64,000 nucleotides of DNA from Patescibacteria group bacterium UBA2196 (GCA_002328025.1 DCVE01000013.1:42579-106578); one strand, 5' to 3'; counted from the stretch's first letter, positions 39,117-48,324 are shown. The notes: generated by a model from the sequence alone, not told the origin. Translations and numbers: made by a program.

Positions 39117-40400
39117 ATGTCTTTTTTGAAAGAAATTATTGATAATCTTTTAGCCTTTATGGCGCGTAAGATTATTAAAAAATATAAACCAAAGATTATT
39201 GGTATTACTGGCAGTTTTGGTAAAACCTCAACCAAAGAAGCTGTTTTTCATGTATTAAAAAATAGTTATAGGGTTAGAAGCAACATCAAAAACTATAACA
39301 CGGAAATTGGTTTACCTTTGACCATTATTGATGCCCATGCTGGTGGAAAAAACCCTTTAGTTTGGTTGGCAATTTTTATTCAAGCAAGCTGGCTTTTACT
39401 TTTTAGGGATAAAAATTATCCCAAGGTTTTGATTTTAGAAATGGGTGCGGATCATCCGGGTGATATAGGACACCTTATAACCATCGCACCATGCGATATT
39501 GCAGTGGTGACGACGGTTGGTGAGACGCATCTGGAATTTTTTGGAGACATAGATAATGTCAAAGCAGAAAAAGAAGTTATAGTCACACATTTAAATTCTA
39601 AAGCGGTGGCCATTTTAAACCACGATGATGAGTTGGTATGGGACATGCGGCGATCTACGCGAGCCAAAATTTTATCTTTTGGTTTTGTGGATCAGGCAGA
39701 TTTTAGAGCCAGTGGTTTAATTTATGCAGAAGATGAGGCGGGACAATTTTCTCATTTGAGTTTTAAAATTTTTTATCAAGGTAAAACAGTTTTAGTTAAT
39801 ACAAGACATTGCATGGCCAGGTCGCATGTCTGTGCTTTTTTGGCTGGTGTGGCTGTGGGCGTGGCTGGTGGCCTTGATTTTAATGAAGCAGTAAATAAAT
39901 TAGAGGATTTTAAGCCACCAAAGGGTAGAATGAATTTGATTGCTGGGATAAAAGGAACAAAAATTATTGATGATACCTATAATTCTTCTCCCCAAGCGGC
40001 TGTGTCAGCCTTGGAAGTTTTAAAACAGTTACCAGCACTTGGCAGAAAAATTGCTGTTCTGGGTGATATGTTGGAATTGGGCGTGGCGTCGGAAACCTTA
40101 CACGAGATGGTGGGGGTTAAGGCTGGAGAAATAAAATTAGATTTGCTAATAACTTTTGGTGAACGAGCGCGCGCAATAGGACATGGCGCAAAAGAAGCCG
40201 GTTTGGCAATAAATAATATATTTAGTTTTACAGATCAAGAGCAAGCCGGTCGTTTTGTACAGGATAAAATTGTGACCAATGATTTAATTTTGGTTAAGGG
40301 TTCACAGGGTATGCGCATGGAAAAAATAGTCAAAGAAATCATGGCCGAACCTTTGTTGGCCAGTCAGCTTTTAGTGCGACAAGAAGATGAATGGATTTAA
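39117..40400 (+). CDS. murF: UDP-N-acetylmuramoyl-tripeptide--D-alanyl-D-alanine ligase
   Basis: GITGSFGKTSTKE P-loop; DDTYNSSPQAA (MurF DDSYNANP-type motif). Confidence 0.8.
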   Translation: MSFLKEIIDNLLAFMARKIIKKYKPKIIGITGSFGKTSTKEAVFHVLKNSYRVRSNIKNYNTEIGLPLTIIDAHAGGKNPLVWLAIFIQASWLLLFRDKNYPKVLILEMGADHPGDIGHLITIAPCDIAVVTTVGETHLEFFGDIDNVKAEKEVIVTHLNSKAVAILNHDDELVWDMRRSTRAKILSFGFVDQADFRASGLIYAEDEAGQFSHLSFKIFYQGKTVLVNTRHCMARSHVCAFLAGVAVGVAGGLDFNEAVNKLEDFKPPKGRMNLIAGIKGTKIIDDTYNSSPQAAVSALEVLKQLPALGRKIAVLGDMLELGVASETLHEMVGVKAGEIKLDLLITFGERARAIGHGAKEAGLAINNIFSFTDQEQAGRFVQDKIVTNDLILVKGSQGMRMEKIVKEIMAEPLLASQLLVRQEDEWI

Positions 40401-40403
40401 AAT

Positions 40404-40431
40404 TTGACAAGTTTTTTAGAATCATTATAAT
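40404..40431 (+). promoter_or_regulatory. sigma70-like promoter
   Basis: TTGACA-16-TATAAT immediately after the murF stop. Confidence 0.45.
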
Positions 40432-40526
40432 GAAAATTGAAAAATATATTATATAAAATTTTTAAGTTTGCTTTTGATATTTTTTGAGATATAAAAAAAC
40501 AAAAAGTAAACTCGTCAAAAAAGTCT

Positions 40527-40665
40527 TATGAAAGAATGTAAATATTGCGGCATGCCACTTAATGACAATGCGCAAGAAAACGTTTGTGACTTTTGTGCGA
40601 ATGACGATGGTAAAGAAATGTTGGCGGTAAATGTGGAAGAGGAAGATTTGGCCGAAGAATTTTAG
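40527..40665 (+). pseudogene. small CxxC...CxxC zinc-ribbon-like ORF interrupted by a 1-nt frameshift (A-run at 40560-40562)
   Basis: frame 0 gives MKECKYCGMPLK*; a +1 shift continues ...NDNAQENVCDFCANDDGKEMLAVNVEEEDLAEEF* ending 9 nt before a strong terminator; bracketed by promoter and terminator. Confidence 0.3.
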
Positions 40666-40676
40666 TCAGGATTTTG

Positions 40677-40710
40677 AAAAGCCCTTTATTTTAGTAAAGG
40701 GCTTTTATGT
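40677..40710 (+). terminator. intrinsic terminator
   Basis: AAAGCCCTTTA-TTTTAG-TAAAGGGCTTT followed by a T-rich run. Confidence 0.55.
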
Positions 40711-40765
40711 TTGCTTTATTGATTTTTTTTTGTTAAAATAGTCAATAGAAAGGGATGATTTTAGT

Positions 40766-42751
40766 ATGACTTCCAAAGAATTGCGTCAAAGATATATTGA
40801 GTTTTTTAAAAAAAATGGGCATGTAGAAATTCCCAGTGCTTCTTTGATTCCGGAAAATGACCCTTCTATTCTTTTTACCACTGCTGGTATGAGTCCACTC
40901 GTGCCATTTCTTTTAGGTGAAAAACATCCGGCTGGCAATAAATTAGTTAATTCGCAAAAATGTATTAGAACAGGTGACATTGATGGTGTTGGTGATGCTT
41001 GCCACCATACTTTTTTTGAAATGTTGGGTCATTGGAGTTTGAATGATTATTTTAAAACTGAAGCCATTGAATTGACTTATAAATTTATTACTGAAGATTT
41101 AAAAATAGATCAAAAATATCTGGCCGTTTCTGTTTTTGTTGGAGATAATGATGCGCCGTTTGATGCCGAAAGTTATCAAAAATGGCAAGAGCTGGGTTTT
41201 TCTGAAAAAAGAATTACTAAATTACCCAAAAAAGATAATTGGTGGGAATTGCCTGGAAATTCTGGGCCGTGTGGGCCAGATACAGAAATGTTTTATTGGA
41301 CTGGGGACAAAAATTCTGTGCCAGAAGTTTTTGATCCGCAAAATAAAAATTGGGTAGAAATTGGCAATGATGTTTTGATGCAATATGAAAAAATTGGCGA
41401 AAACAAATATCAACCTGCCAAACAAAAAAATATTGATAATGGCACAGGTTTGGAAAGACTTTTAGCAGTTATGAACGGTCTTGATGATAATTATCAAACA
41501 GATTTATTTTTACCAATAATTGAGGAAATTGAAAAGTTAAGCGGGAAAAAATATACCCCTCTGTCCGCAGTAGCGGACTCCTCCCCTTATCAAGGGGAGG
41601 ATAAGAACATCCCCTCCTTTCTAAGGAGGGGCCTCACGACGGAGTCGGAGGGGGAGATAAAATCAATGCGTATTATCGCCGACCATTTGCGCGCGGCCAC
41701 TTTTATCATGGCTGATCCGGCTGGTATTGCGCCTTCAAACACAGATCAAGGCTATGTGGTTAGAAAGTTAATTCGTCGAGCTATTCGTCATGGTAAATTA
41801 ATTGGCATTGATCAGAATTTTTGTGTTGAAATTGCTGAAGTAGTAATTAATAATATGCAGGATATTTATGCAGAACTAGAAACTAATAAAAAATTTGTTT
41901 TAGATAATATAAATTTAGAAGAAGAAAAATTTAGAAAAACATTGCAAGACGGAGAAAAGAAATTAAATAAAATTTTTGATAAGGTTGAAATATTTGAAGA
42001 AATGGAGGAAGGTGACAAACTAGAAACTTATAATTTTGCTGATTACAGTGGTTTAGGTAAAGACTTTTTTGTCTTATCTTCCGAATATGGTTATCCTTTG
42101 GAATTAAGTTTAGAAGCTTTGGATGAAAAAAAAGAGAGATTAGGTGATGGTAAAATACCAAAAGAGGAAAAAGAAAAAATACAACGGAAATTTGATGATT
42201 TTAAAGAAAAAGTGATTAAAAGTTATAATATTGAAATGCAAAAACATCAAGATCTTTCGCGCACTGCCAGCGCTGGCAAATTTAAAGGTGGCTTAGCCAA
42301 TCAAAGCGAAATGGCTGTTAAATACCATACTGTTTCGCATTTATTATTGCAAGCTTTAAGAATGGTCTTGGGCGAACATGTTTTTCAAAAAGGTTCTAAC
42401 ATTACCGACGAAAGATTGCGTTCAGATTTTTCTCATGGGGGAAAAATGACACCAGAACAAATTGTCCAAGTTGAAAACATAGTTAATGAACAAATACAAA
42501 AAAATTTAACAGTCGAATGTAATGAAATGAGTTTAGATGAAGCTAAAAATCAAGGCGCCATGGGAGTTTTTGCCAATAAATATGGTGAGCGAGTTAAGGT
42601 ATACACAGTTGGCGATGACCATTTTTGTTTTTCTAAAGAAATTTGTGGCGGACCACATGTAAAGAATACTGGCGAATTAGGCCATTTAAAAATAATAAAA
42701 GAGGAGGCCAGTTCAGCGGGCGTCAGAAGAATTAAAGCAATTTTAGAATAA
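40766..42751 (+). CDS. alaS: alanine--tRNA ligase (short form: catalytic plus editing domains, no C-Ala domain)
   Basis: class II motifs (FTTAGM, HHTFFEMLGHWS); editing-domain HxxxH / CGGPHV; only 661 aa; ~100-nt GC-rich palindromic insertion. Confidence 0.85.
   Translation: MTSKELRQRYIEFFKKNGHVEIPSASLIPENDPSILFTTAGMSPLVPFLLGEKHPAGNKLVNSQKCIRTGDIDGVGDACHHTFFEMLGHWSLNDYFKTEAIELTYKFITEDLKIDQKYLAVSVFVGDNDAPFDAESYQKWQELGFSEKRITKLPKKDNWWELPGNSGPCGPDTEMFYWTGDKNSVPEVFDPQNKNWVEIGNDVLMQYEKIGENKYQPAKQKNIDNGTGLERLLAVMNGLDDNYQTDLFLPIIEEIEKLSGKKYTPLSAVADSSPYQGEDKNIPSFLRRGLTTESEGEIKSMRIIADHLRAATFIMADPAGIAPSNTDQGYVVRKLIRRAIRHGKLIGIDQNFCVEIAEVVINNMQDIYAELETNKKFVLDNINLEEEKFRKTLQDGEKKLNKIFDKVEIFEEMEEGDKLETYNFADYSGLGKDFFVLSSEYGYPLELSLEALDEKKERLGDGKIPKEEKEKIQRKFDDFKEKVIKSYNIEMQKHQDLSRTASAGKFKGGLANQSEMAVKYHTVSHLLLQALRMVLGEHVFQKGSNITDERLRSDFSHGGKMTPEQIVQVENIVNEQIQKNLTVECNEMSLDEAKNQGAMGVFANKYGERVKVYTVGDDHFCFSKEICGGPHVKNTGELGHLKIIKEEASSAGVRRIKAILE
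41560..41660 (+). repeat. GC-rich palindromic insertion in alaS (hairpins at 41564-41577, 41580-41600, 41611-41631)
   Basis: CCTCCCCTT-ATC-AAGGGGAGG and CCCCTCCTT-TCT-AAGGAGGGG perfect 9-bp stems; in-frame (…SAVADSSPYQGEDKNIPSFLRRGLTTESEGEIKS…). Confidence 0.55.
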
Positions 42752-42761
42752 ATTTAAAAAT

Positions 42762-43970
42762 ATGGATTTTAAAAATATACACCCACAAAATAGTTATCGC
42801 ACTTTTACTCCAGCACCAACACCTCCAAGACGGTGGAAAAAAAAGTTGGCTTTTTTGGTTTTTTTGGCAGCGGTATTTTATGTTCTATTTGTATATATTT
42901 TACCAAGTGTAGAAGTGACAGTTTTTTTATCAGCGGAAAATTTTGATAAAGAATATGATATAACTTTGGATCAAAACGTAAGTGGTGAGGTAACGGCTGG
43001 GAATGTTTTTCCAGCTAAGTTTTATCAAGTTTCTGGTGAAGATCGGGGTAACTTTAAGGCCACAGGACAAAAAAATACCGGTGATAAAGCCAGTGGTAAT
43101 GTTACTTTTTATAATTTTACTGGACGCTCACAACCAGTTACCAAAGAAATGGAGCTTAAACACAGTTCTGGTCAGATTTATTTTTTAAAAAATGAATTGA
43201 CTATTCCAGCCGCTCAAATTTCTGATCTGGGAGAAATAGTCGCTGGCAAGATTATTGGTGAGATTGAAGCCCAAGAGGCTGGTGAAGTTTACAATCAAAA
43301 ACCAGGTCGGGTGGTCATTCCCATTGTGGCCAATGAAATTCAGGATAAAATTTATGGTGAAACAGATGACTTGGGTGGCGGAACATCAAAAATTACTCAG
43401 GTTGTTTCACAGGAAGATTTAAACAACGCGCAAATTGATTTATCTAATAGACTGTCACCTAAATTAAAAGATAAAATTAAAAATCAAATTAAAAAAGACA
43501 GTGAGATAATGCGCAACGAATTAACGATCTTGGAGATAGATAATGTGGATAAAAGCACTGAAATTAATAAGGAAGTGTCTGACTTTGAAATGAAAATTAA
43601 TGCGACACTTAAGGCCTTGGTTTATGATGAAGTGGTATTAAAAAAATACTTGAAATCTAAAATACTTTTGGATTTACCAGATAATAAGATGGTGGCTGAA
43701 GACGATTTAGGACAATTGGAAATTACAGTCAAGGAGATGGATCTGGCTTTGGGGGTGGTAAAAATTAAGGTTAGGGCGCAACATAAAGTTTTACCCAAGA
43801 CGGATGTAAGCGTTATCAAGGACAGTATAAAAGGCTTAAAAGAGCAGGATGCGCGTCGTTATGTGTTAAGTTTGCCGAACGTGCGCGATGCGCGGTTTGT
43901 GTTCACTTATAATTTACTTGACAAAATACCCAATAATTTGAATAAAATTAAGATAAAGGTTGGAAATTAA
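42762..43970 (+). CDS. hypothetical protein, N-terminal TM anchor
   Basis: ORF track; Pro-rich N-term then TM, then soluble domain. Confidence 0.5.
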   Translation: MDFKNIHPQNSYRTFTPAPTPPRRWKKKLAFLVFLAAVFYVLFVYILPSVEVTVFLSAENFDKEYDITLDQNVSGEVTAGNVFPAKFYQVSGEDRGNFKATGQKNTGDKASGNVTFYNFTGRSQPVTKEMELKHSSGQIYFLKNELTIPAAQISDLGEIVAGKIIGEIEAQEAGEVYNQKPGRVVIPIVANEIQDKIYGETDDLGGGTSKITQVVSQEDLNNAQIDLSNRLSPKLKDKIKNQIKKDSEIMRNELTILEIDNVDKSTEINKEVSDFEMKINATLKALVYDEVVLKKYLKSKILLDLPDNKMVAEDDLGQLEITVKEMDLALGVVKIKVRAQHKVLPKTDVSVIKDSIKGLKEQDARRYVLSLPNVRDARFVFTYNLLDKIPNNLNKIKIKVGN

Positions 43971-43977
43971 AGCCCTC

Positions 43978-44006
43978 TTGACAGATATTTAACCATACTT
44001 TATAAT
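43978..44006 (+). promoter_or_regulatory. consensus sigma70 promoter of the infA-ribosomal protein operon
   Basis: TTGACA-17-TATAAT; ~125-nt 5' UTR. Confidence 0.55.
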
Positions 44007-44134
44007 AAAACTATATTAAAAAGCTAACTAACAATGGAATATTTATCTAAACTATCAAGAATTGTGAGTAATTCTAATTTTTAGAGTTATCTCATATTTT
44101 TTTATGCTTTGGATAAAAATAGACTAATAAAATA

Positions 44135-44491
44135 ATGTCAGAAAACACACTTAGTCAAAACGTTAATAATCAAGTTGATGAAACGCCAGAAATCCCGGCG
44201 GCAGAAGTTTTGCCGGTTGTTGAACCTAATCAGGTTCAAAATCAGACACCCCAAGATAGTTTTAATAATTTTAAAGTTAACAAAAAGGGTTTTATTGAGG
44301 TGGACGGTGAGGTGATAGAAACCTTGCCCAGTATTACCTTTAGGGTGCGTTTGGAAAATAATTATCAAGTGGTGGCCAGATTATCCGGTCGCATGCGGAT
44401 GAATAAAATTATGCTTTTGCCGGGTGATAAAGTTAAAGTGGAACTAACACTCTACGATTTGACAAAAGGCAGAATAACTTATCGTTATTAA
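44135..44491 (+). CDS. infA: translation initiation factor IF-1 with ~45 aa N-terminal extension
   Basis: S1-like core [22 protein letters not shown]...KGRITYRY. Confidence 0.8.
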   Translation: MSENTLSQNVNNQVDETPEIPAAEVLPVVEPNQVQNQTPQDSFNNFKVNKKGFIEVDGEVIETLPSITFRVRLENNYQVVARLSGRMRMNKIMLLPGDKVKVELTLYDLTKGRITYRY

Positions 44492-44497
44492 ATTTTT

Positions 44498-44614
44498 ATG
44501 AAGGTAAAATCTTCGGTTAAAAAAATTTGTAAAGATTGTCAAACTGTACGTCGTAAAAACAGAGTTTTTGTGGTGTGCAAAAAAAATCCTAAACACAAAC
44601 AAAGACAGGGTTAA
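44498..44614 (+). CDS. rpmJ: 50S ribosomal protein L36
   Basis: [38 protein letters not shown] (38 aa); found manually, below the ORF-track cutoff. Confidence 0.85.
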   Translation: MKVKSSVKKICKDCQTVRRKNRVFVVCKKNPKHKQRQG

Positions 44615-44626
44615 TTATATTTTTTT

Positions 44627-45016
44627 ATGGCTAGAATTGCCGGTATCAATTTACCTAATGATAAGAAAGTTGAATACGCCTTGCCGTATCTTTATGGCAT
44701 TGGTTTAACAATTTCAAAGAAAATTTTAAAGGAATTAAAAATTGATGACAACAAACGAGTCAAAGATCTTTCTGAAGAGGAGGTTAATTCTTTGCGGGTG
44801 GAAATTGAAAAAAAATATCGCGTGGAAGGTGAGCTACGCCGTGAAGTAATTTCTAATATCAAAAGATTAAAAGAAATTAATTCTTATCGTGGTTCAAGAC
44901 ACGCCAAGAATTTACCAGCCAGAGGTCAACGCACCAAAACCAATTGCCGGACCGTCAAAGGTAATGTGCGCAAAACCATGGGTTCGGGTCGCAAAACTTC
45001 GGCGCAGAAAACCTAA
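44627..45016 (+). CDS. rpsM: 30S ribosomal protein S13
   Basis: [10 protein letters not shown]. Confidence 0.9.
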   Translation: MARIAGINLPNDKKVEYALPYLYGIGLTISKKILKELKIDDNKRVKDLSEEEVNSLRVEIEKKYRVEGELRREVISNIKRLKEINSYRGSRHAKNLPARGQRTKTNCRTVKGNVRKTMGSGRKTSAQKT

Positions 45017-45047
45017 TTAGTATACTTATTTAATAAATATCAATACA

Positions 45048-45587
45048 ATGTCTACTGATGATAATAAAATTATAACTGATGAATTAGCTCAGCCAAAAGA
45101 TTCTATCAATGAGGTTGATTTAGAACAGGTGGCTCAAGATGGGGACGTGGCTGTTGAGGTTGTTGATGATAATGGAATTGTAGAAGAAAAAACCGTTGTT
45201 ACCAAAGGGAGAAAAAAGAAAAAGAAAGAACCTTTTTTGCGTGGTGGACGTGGTCAAATTCATATTAAATCATCTTATAACAACACCATTGTTACCATTA
45301 CTGATTTAAATGGTTCGGTTTTAGCTTGGTCTTCAGCTGGTAAGTGTGGTTTTAAGGGTCCTAAAAAATCAACACCATACGCGGCTGGTGTGATTGTTAA
45401 ATCTTTGGTTGATAAAATTAAAGCTTTGGGCATTAAAGAAACTGACGTCGAAGTTAAAGGTGTTGGTATGGGTCGTGAGGCAGCGGTGCGCGCTTTGGGC
45501 GCAAATGGCGTGCAGGTGGTGTCAGTAAAAGATGTAACACCGGTCAAACACGGTGGTGTAAGATCAAAACGTCCCAGAAGAGTTTAA
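45048..45587 (+). CDS. rpsK: 30S ribosomal protein S11 (N-terminal acidic extension)
   Basis: GQIHIKSSYNNTIVTITDLNG core. Confidence 0.9.
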   Translation: MSTDDNKIITDELAQPKDSINEVDLEQVAQDGDVAVEVVDDNGIVEEKTVVTKGRKKKKKEPFLRGGRGQIHIKSSYNNTIVTITDLNGSVLAWSSAGKCGFKGPKKSTPYAAGVIVKSLVDKIKALGIKETDVEVKGVGMGREAAVRALGANGVQVVSVKDVTPVKHGGVRSKRPRRV

Positions 45588-45613
45588 TTATTTTGTGATT
45601 TAATTTTTTATTT

Positions 45614-46246
45614 ATGTCTCATTTTTCTGGTGCACAATGCAAAAGATGTCGTAGATTGGGAGTCAAGCTTTGCTCTAAAGGCGAGCGTGGTTTGGGTTCT
45701 AAATGTGCTTTGGCCAGAAGAAATTATCCACCTGGTGTGCATGGTCCAAAGGGTTATGGTCGAATTAGCGATTATGGTTTGCATTTGCAAGAAAAACAAA
45801 AATTAAGAGTGATTTACGGAATTATGGAAAAACAGTTGCGTAAGTATTTTGAGGAAGCCAAAAGAGAAAAAACCAACACCGGTTTTAAATTATTAGAATT
45901 ATTAGAAAGACGTTTTGATAATATTATTTATCGTTTAGGTTTGGCATCTTCCAGACGTCAGGCTAGGCAGATGGTGGGGCATAATCATTTTAAAGTTAAT
46001 GGCAAAAAAATGAATATTCCCTCTTACACAGTCAAAAGAGGCGATGTAATTAGTATTGCCAAAGAAAAATCTTTAACCAAGGGTCAAATTGCCGAGAACA
46101 TAAAGACAATGGCCAAAAAAGAAATTCCAGTTTGGTTATTTTGGGATGAACAAAATAAAAAAGGCCAAGTTGTCGAATTACCGCAAAATAATGATTTGGA
46201 TGTTGGTGTGGACACCCGTTTAATTGTGGAATTTTATTCACGCTAA
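45614..46246 (+). CDS. rpsD: 30S ribosomal protein S4
   Basis: CxxC zinc motif near N-terminus; S4 domain. Confidence 0.9.
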   Translation: MSHFSGAQCKRCRRLGVKLCSKGERGLGSKCALARRNYPPGVHGPKGYGRISDYGLHLQEKQKLRVIYGIMEKQLRKYFEEAKREKTNTGFKLLELLERRFDNIIYRLGLASSRRQARQMVGHNHFKVNGKKMNIPSYTVKRGDVISIAKEKSLTKGQIAENIKTMAKKEIPVWLFWDEQNKKGQVVELPQNNDLDVGVDTRLIVEFYSR

Positions 46247-46269
46247 ATTTATAAAATAAATATAAATAT

Positions 46270-47109
46270 ATGGAAAACATCCCATTGGCAAAAAAAATAA
46301 CTTTTCATCCTGATACGGAAAACTATGCCAAAAACAAAGGTTATTTTACTATTGAACCGCTGTTTCCCGGTTATGGTTTAACTTTGGGTAATGTTTTAAG
46401 ACGAGTGTTGCTATCATCTTTATCAGGCGCGGCCATTGTGGCGGTTAAAATTAATGGTGTTAGTCATGAATTTTCCACAATTGATTGGATCAAAGAGGAT
46501 GTCTTGGATATTATTTTAAATTTAAAACAGATTAGAATTAAGGTTGGTCCAGAGGTGGATTTTCCGCTCAAATTAACTTTGAGCGTCAAGGGTCAAAAAG
46601 AAGTTACGGCCGGTGATTTTGAAAAAATGGCCGGACTTGAAGTTATTAATACAGATCAAAAAATTGCCACCCTAACCGACCACGCGGCACGTTTAGAAAT
46701 GGAAGTTTATGTGGATTATGGTCGGGGTTATTTACCAACCGAAGCCAGAGAAAATAAAAATTATGAAATTAACACTATGATGGTGGATGCAATTTTTACA
46801 CCCATAAAAAGAGTTGGTTATGATATTGAAAATGTGCGTGTTTTGCAGATGACCAACTGGGATAAATTAATTTTAAAAATTGAAACTGACGGTACCATAA
46901 CCTGTGAAGACGCGTTTAAACAGGCGGTCAACATTATCTTGGAACAATTTTCTGGTTTATTAAATAAAGAAATAGCTGAGGATAATCACAAAAAAACAGT
47001 TGAAGCGCAAGCCCCAGACATGGTTGAAGATGAATCAGTGGATGACAACGAGTCAGATTCTGAAGAAAAGCCTAAAAAAAGAGGTAAAAAAAAGAAAGAT
47101 GAAGTTTAA
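46270..47109 (+). CDS. rpoA: DNA-directed RNA polymerase subunit alpha (NTD only; acidic/basic tail replaces alpha-CTD)
   Basis: alpha-NTD conserved; 279 aa; C-terminus ...DESVDDNESDSEEKPKKRGKKKKDEV with no helix-hairpin-helix. Confidence 0.8.
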   Translation: MENIPLAKKITFHPDTENYAKNKGYFTIEPLFPGYGLTLGNVLRRVLLSSLSGAAIVAVKINGVSHEFSTIDWIKEDVLDIILNLKQIRIKVGPEVDFPLKLTLSVKGQKEVTAGDFEKMAGLEVINTDQKIATLTDHAARLEMEVYVDYGRGYLPTEARENKNYEINTMMVDAIFTPIKRVGYDIENVRVLQMTNWDKLILKIETDGTITCEDAFKQAVNIILEQFSGLLNKEIAEDNHKKTVEAQAPDMVEDESVDDNESDSEEKPKKRGKKKKDEV

Positions 47110-47134
47110 TATAAAATTTAGTTAAAGAATTAAT

Positions 47135-47485
47135 ATGCGACACCAAAACAGTCAAAAAACACTGGATAGAAAAAGTGGTCCGCGCACAGCTTTGTTAAAA
47201 GGTTTGGCGCAGAGTTTAATTTTGTATGAAAAAATTCAAACCACCGAAGCCAAAGCCAAGGTTATAAAACCAGTGGTGGAAAAAATGATTACGCGCGCCA
47301 AGGTTGATTCATTGCACAATCGGCGTGAATTGATGAAGTTTTTACCAACCCAAAATGCAGTCAGAAAAATATTTGATGTTTTGGGCCCACGTTTTAAAGA
47401 ACGTAAGGGCGGTTATTTAAGAATTACTAAATTAGGTGCGCGTCAGGGTGATGCCGCACAAATGGCACAAATAGAATTTGTATAA
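47135..47485 (+). CDS. rplQ: 50S ribosomal protein L17
   Basis: MRHQNSQKTLDRKSGPR. Confidence 0.9.
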   Translation: MRHQNSQKTLDRKSGPRTALLKGLAQSLILYEKIQTTEAKAKVIKPVVEKMITRAKVDSLHNRRELMKFLPTQNAVRKIFDVLGPRFKERKGGYLRITKLGARQGDAAQMAQIEFV

Positions 47486-47490
47486 AATAT

Positions 47491-47838
47491 ATGGCAGAAA
47501 ACATTTACACAATTGATGCAACCAATAAAGCCGTGGGACGTTTGGCGACAGAAATCGCTATAATTTTGCGTGGTAAAAACAAGCCCACCTTTGCTCCCAA
47601 CATGGAAAGTGATAACATGGTAGTGGTTAAGAATATAAAGTTTTTGAAATTTACTGGTAAAAAATTACAGCAAAAGGTTTACAAACACCACACCAACTAT
47701 CCGGGTCATCTAAGAAGTATCAAGATGTCTGATATTCAAAAAGAAAACCCAGCCAAAGTTTTAGAAATGGCAGTTTTACGTATGTTACCTGCAGTAAAAT
47801 TTAGAAAAAAAATGATGCAGAAATTGAGTTTTGAATAA
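47491..47838 (+). CDS. rplM: 50S ribosomal protein L13 (short)
   Basis: ATNKAVGRLATEIA...GKNKPTF. Confidence 0.85.
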   Translation: MAENIYTIDATNKAVGRLATEIAIILRGKNKPTFAPNMESDNMVVVKNIKFLKFTGKKLQQKVYKHHTNYPGHLRSIKMSDIQKENPAKVLEMAVLRMLPAVKFRKKMMQKLSFE

Positions 47839-47857
47839 TTAAAAGTAAGCAATAAAT

Positions 47858-48271
47858 ATGTCAGAAAATAAATTAACTACAAAAGAATATTTTCAAGGTT
47901 TGGGTCGCCGCAAAGCAGCCATTGCTCAAGTTAGACTATATGCAGAAGGCACAGGCGAAACAACCATTAACGGTAAACAGGCTGATGTGTTTTTTCCTTA
48001 TTTTGAATTTAAAGATCAGGCTTTTTCTCCACTCAAAATTTTAGGTTTGGAAAAAAAGTTTGATATGTCAGTTAAAGTTGCGGGTGGCGGTTATAGAGGT
48101 CAGGCTGAAGCAATTAAATTGGGGGTGGCCAGAGCTTTGGTGGTTTTTAATGAAGAGAACAAAAAAGTTTTACGTGCCAGCGGATTTTTAAGTCGTGACC
48201 CCAGAATTAAAGAACGTAAGAAGCCGGGCTTGAAGCGCGCACGTCGTGCGCCACAGTGGGCAAAACGTTAA
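47858..48271 (+). CDS. rpsI: 30S ribosomal protein S9
   Basis: GLGRRKAAIAQVRL...C-terminal KRARRAPQWAKR. Confidence 0.9.
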   Translation: MSENKLTTKEYFQGLGRRKAAIAQVRLYAEGTGETTINGKQADVFFPYFEFKDQAFSPLKILGLEKKFDMSVKVAGGGYRGQAEAIKLGVARALVVFNEENKKVLRASGFLSRDPRIKERKKPGLKRARRAPQWAKR

Positions 48272-48296
48272 TTTATTGGTTTATATACTTTTTAAA

Positions 48297-48322
48297 AGCC
48301 CTGTTGTGTACAGGGTTTTTAT
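48297..48322 (+). terminator. intrinsic terminator ending the ribosomal operon
   Basis: CCCTGT-TGTGT-ACAGGG followed by T5. Confidence 0.5.
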
Positions 48323-48324
48323 AT

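Noticed and set aside
40527-40565. Intact 12-aa peptide MKECKYCGMPLK as a real micro-ORF
   Set aside because: Too short and stops inside an obviously protein-like CxxC...CxxC reading frame; better explained as the frameshifted zinc-ribbon ORF.
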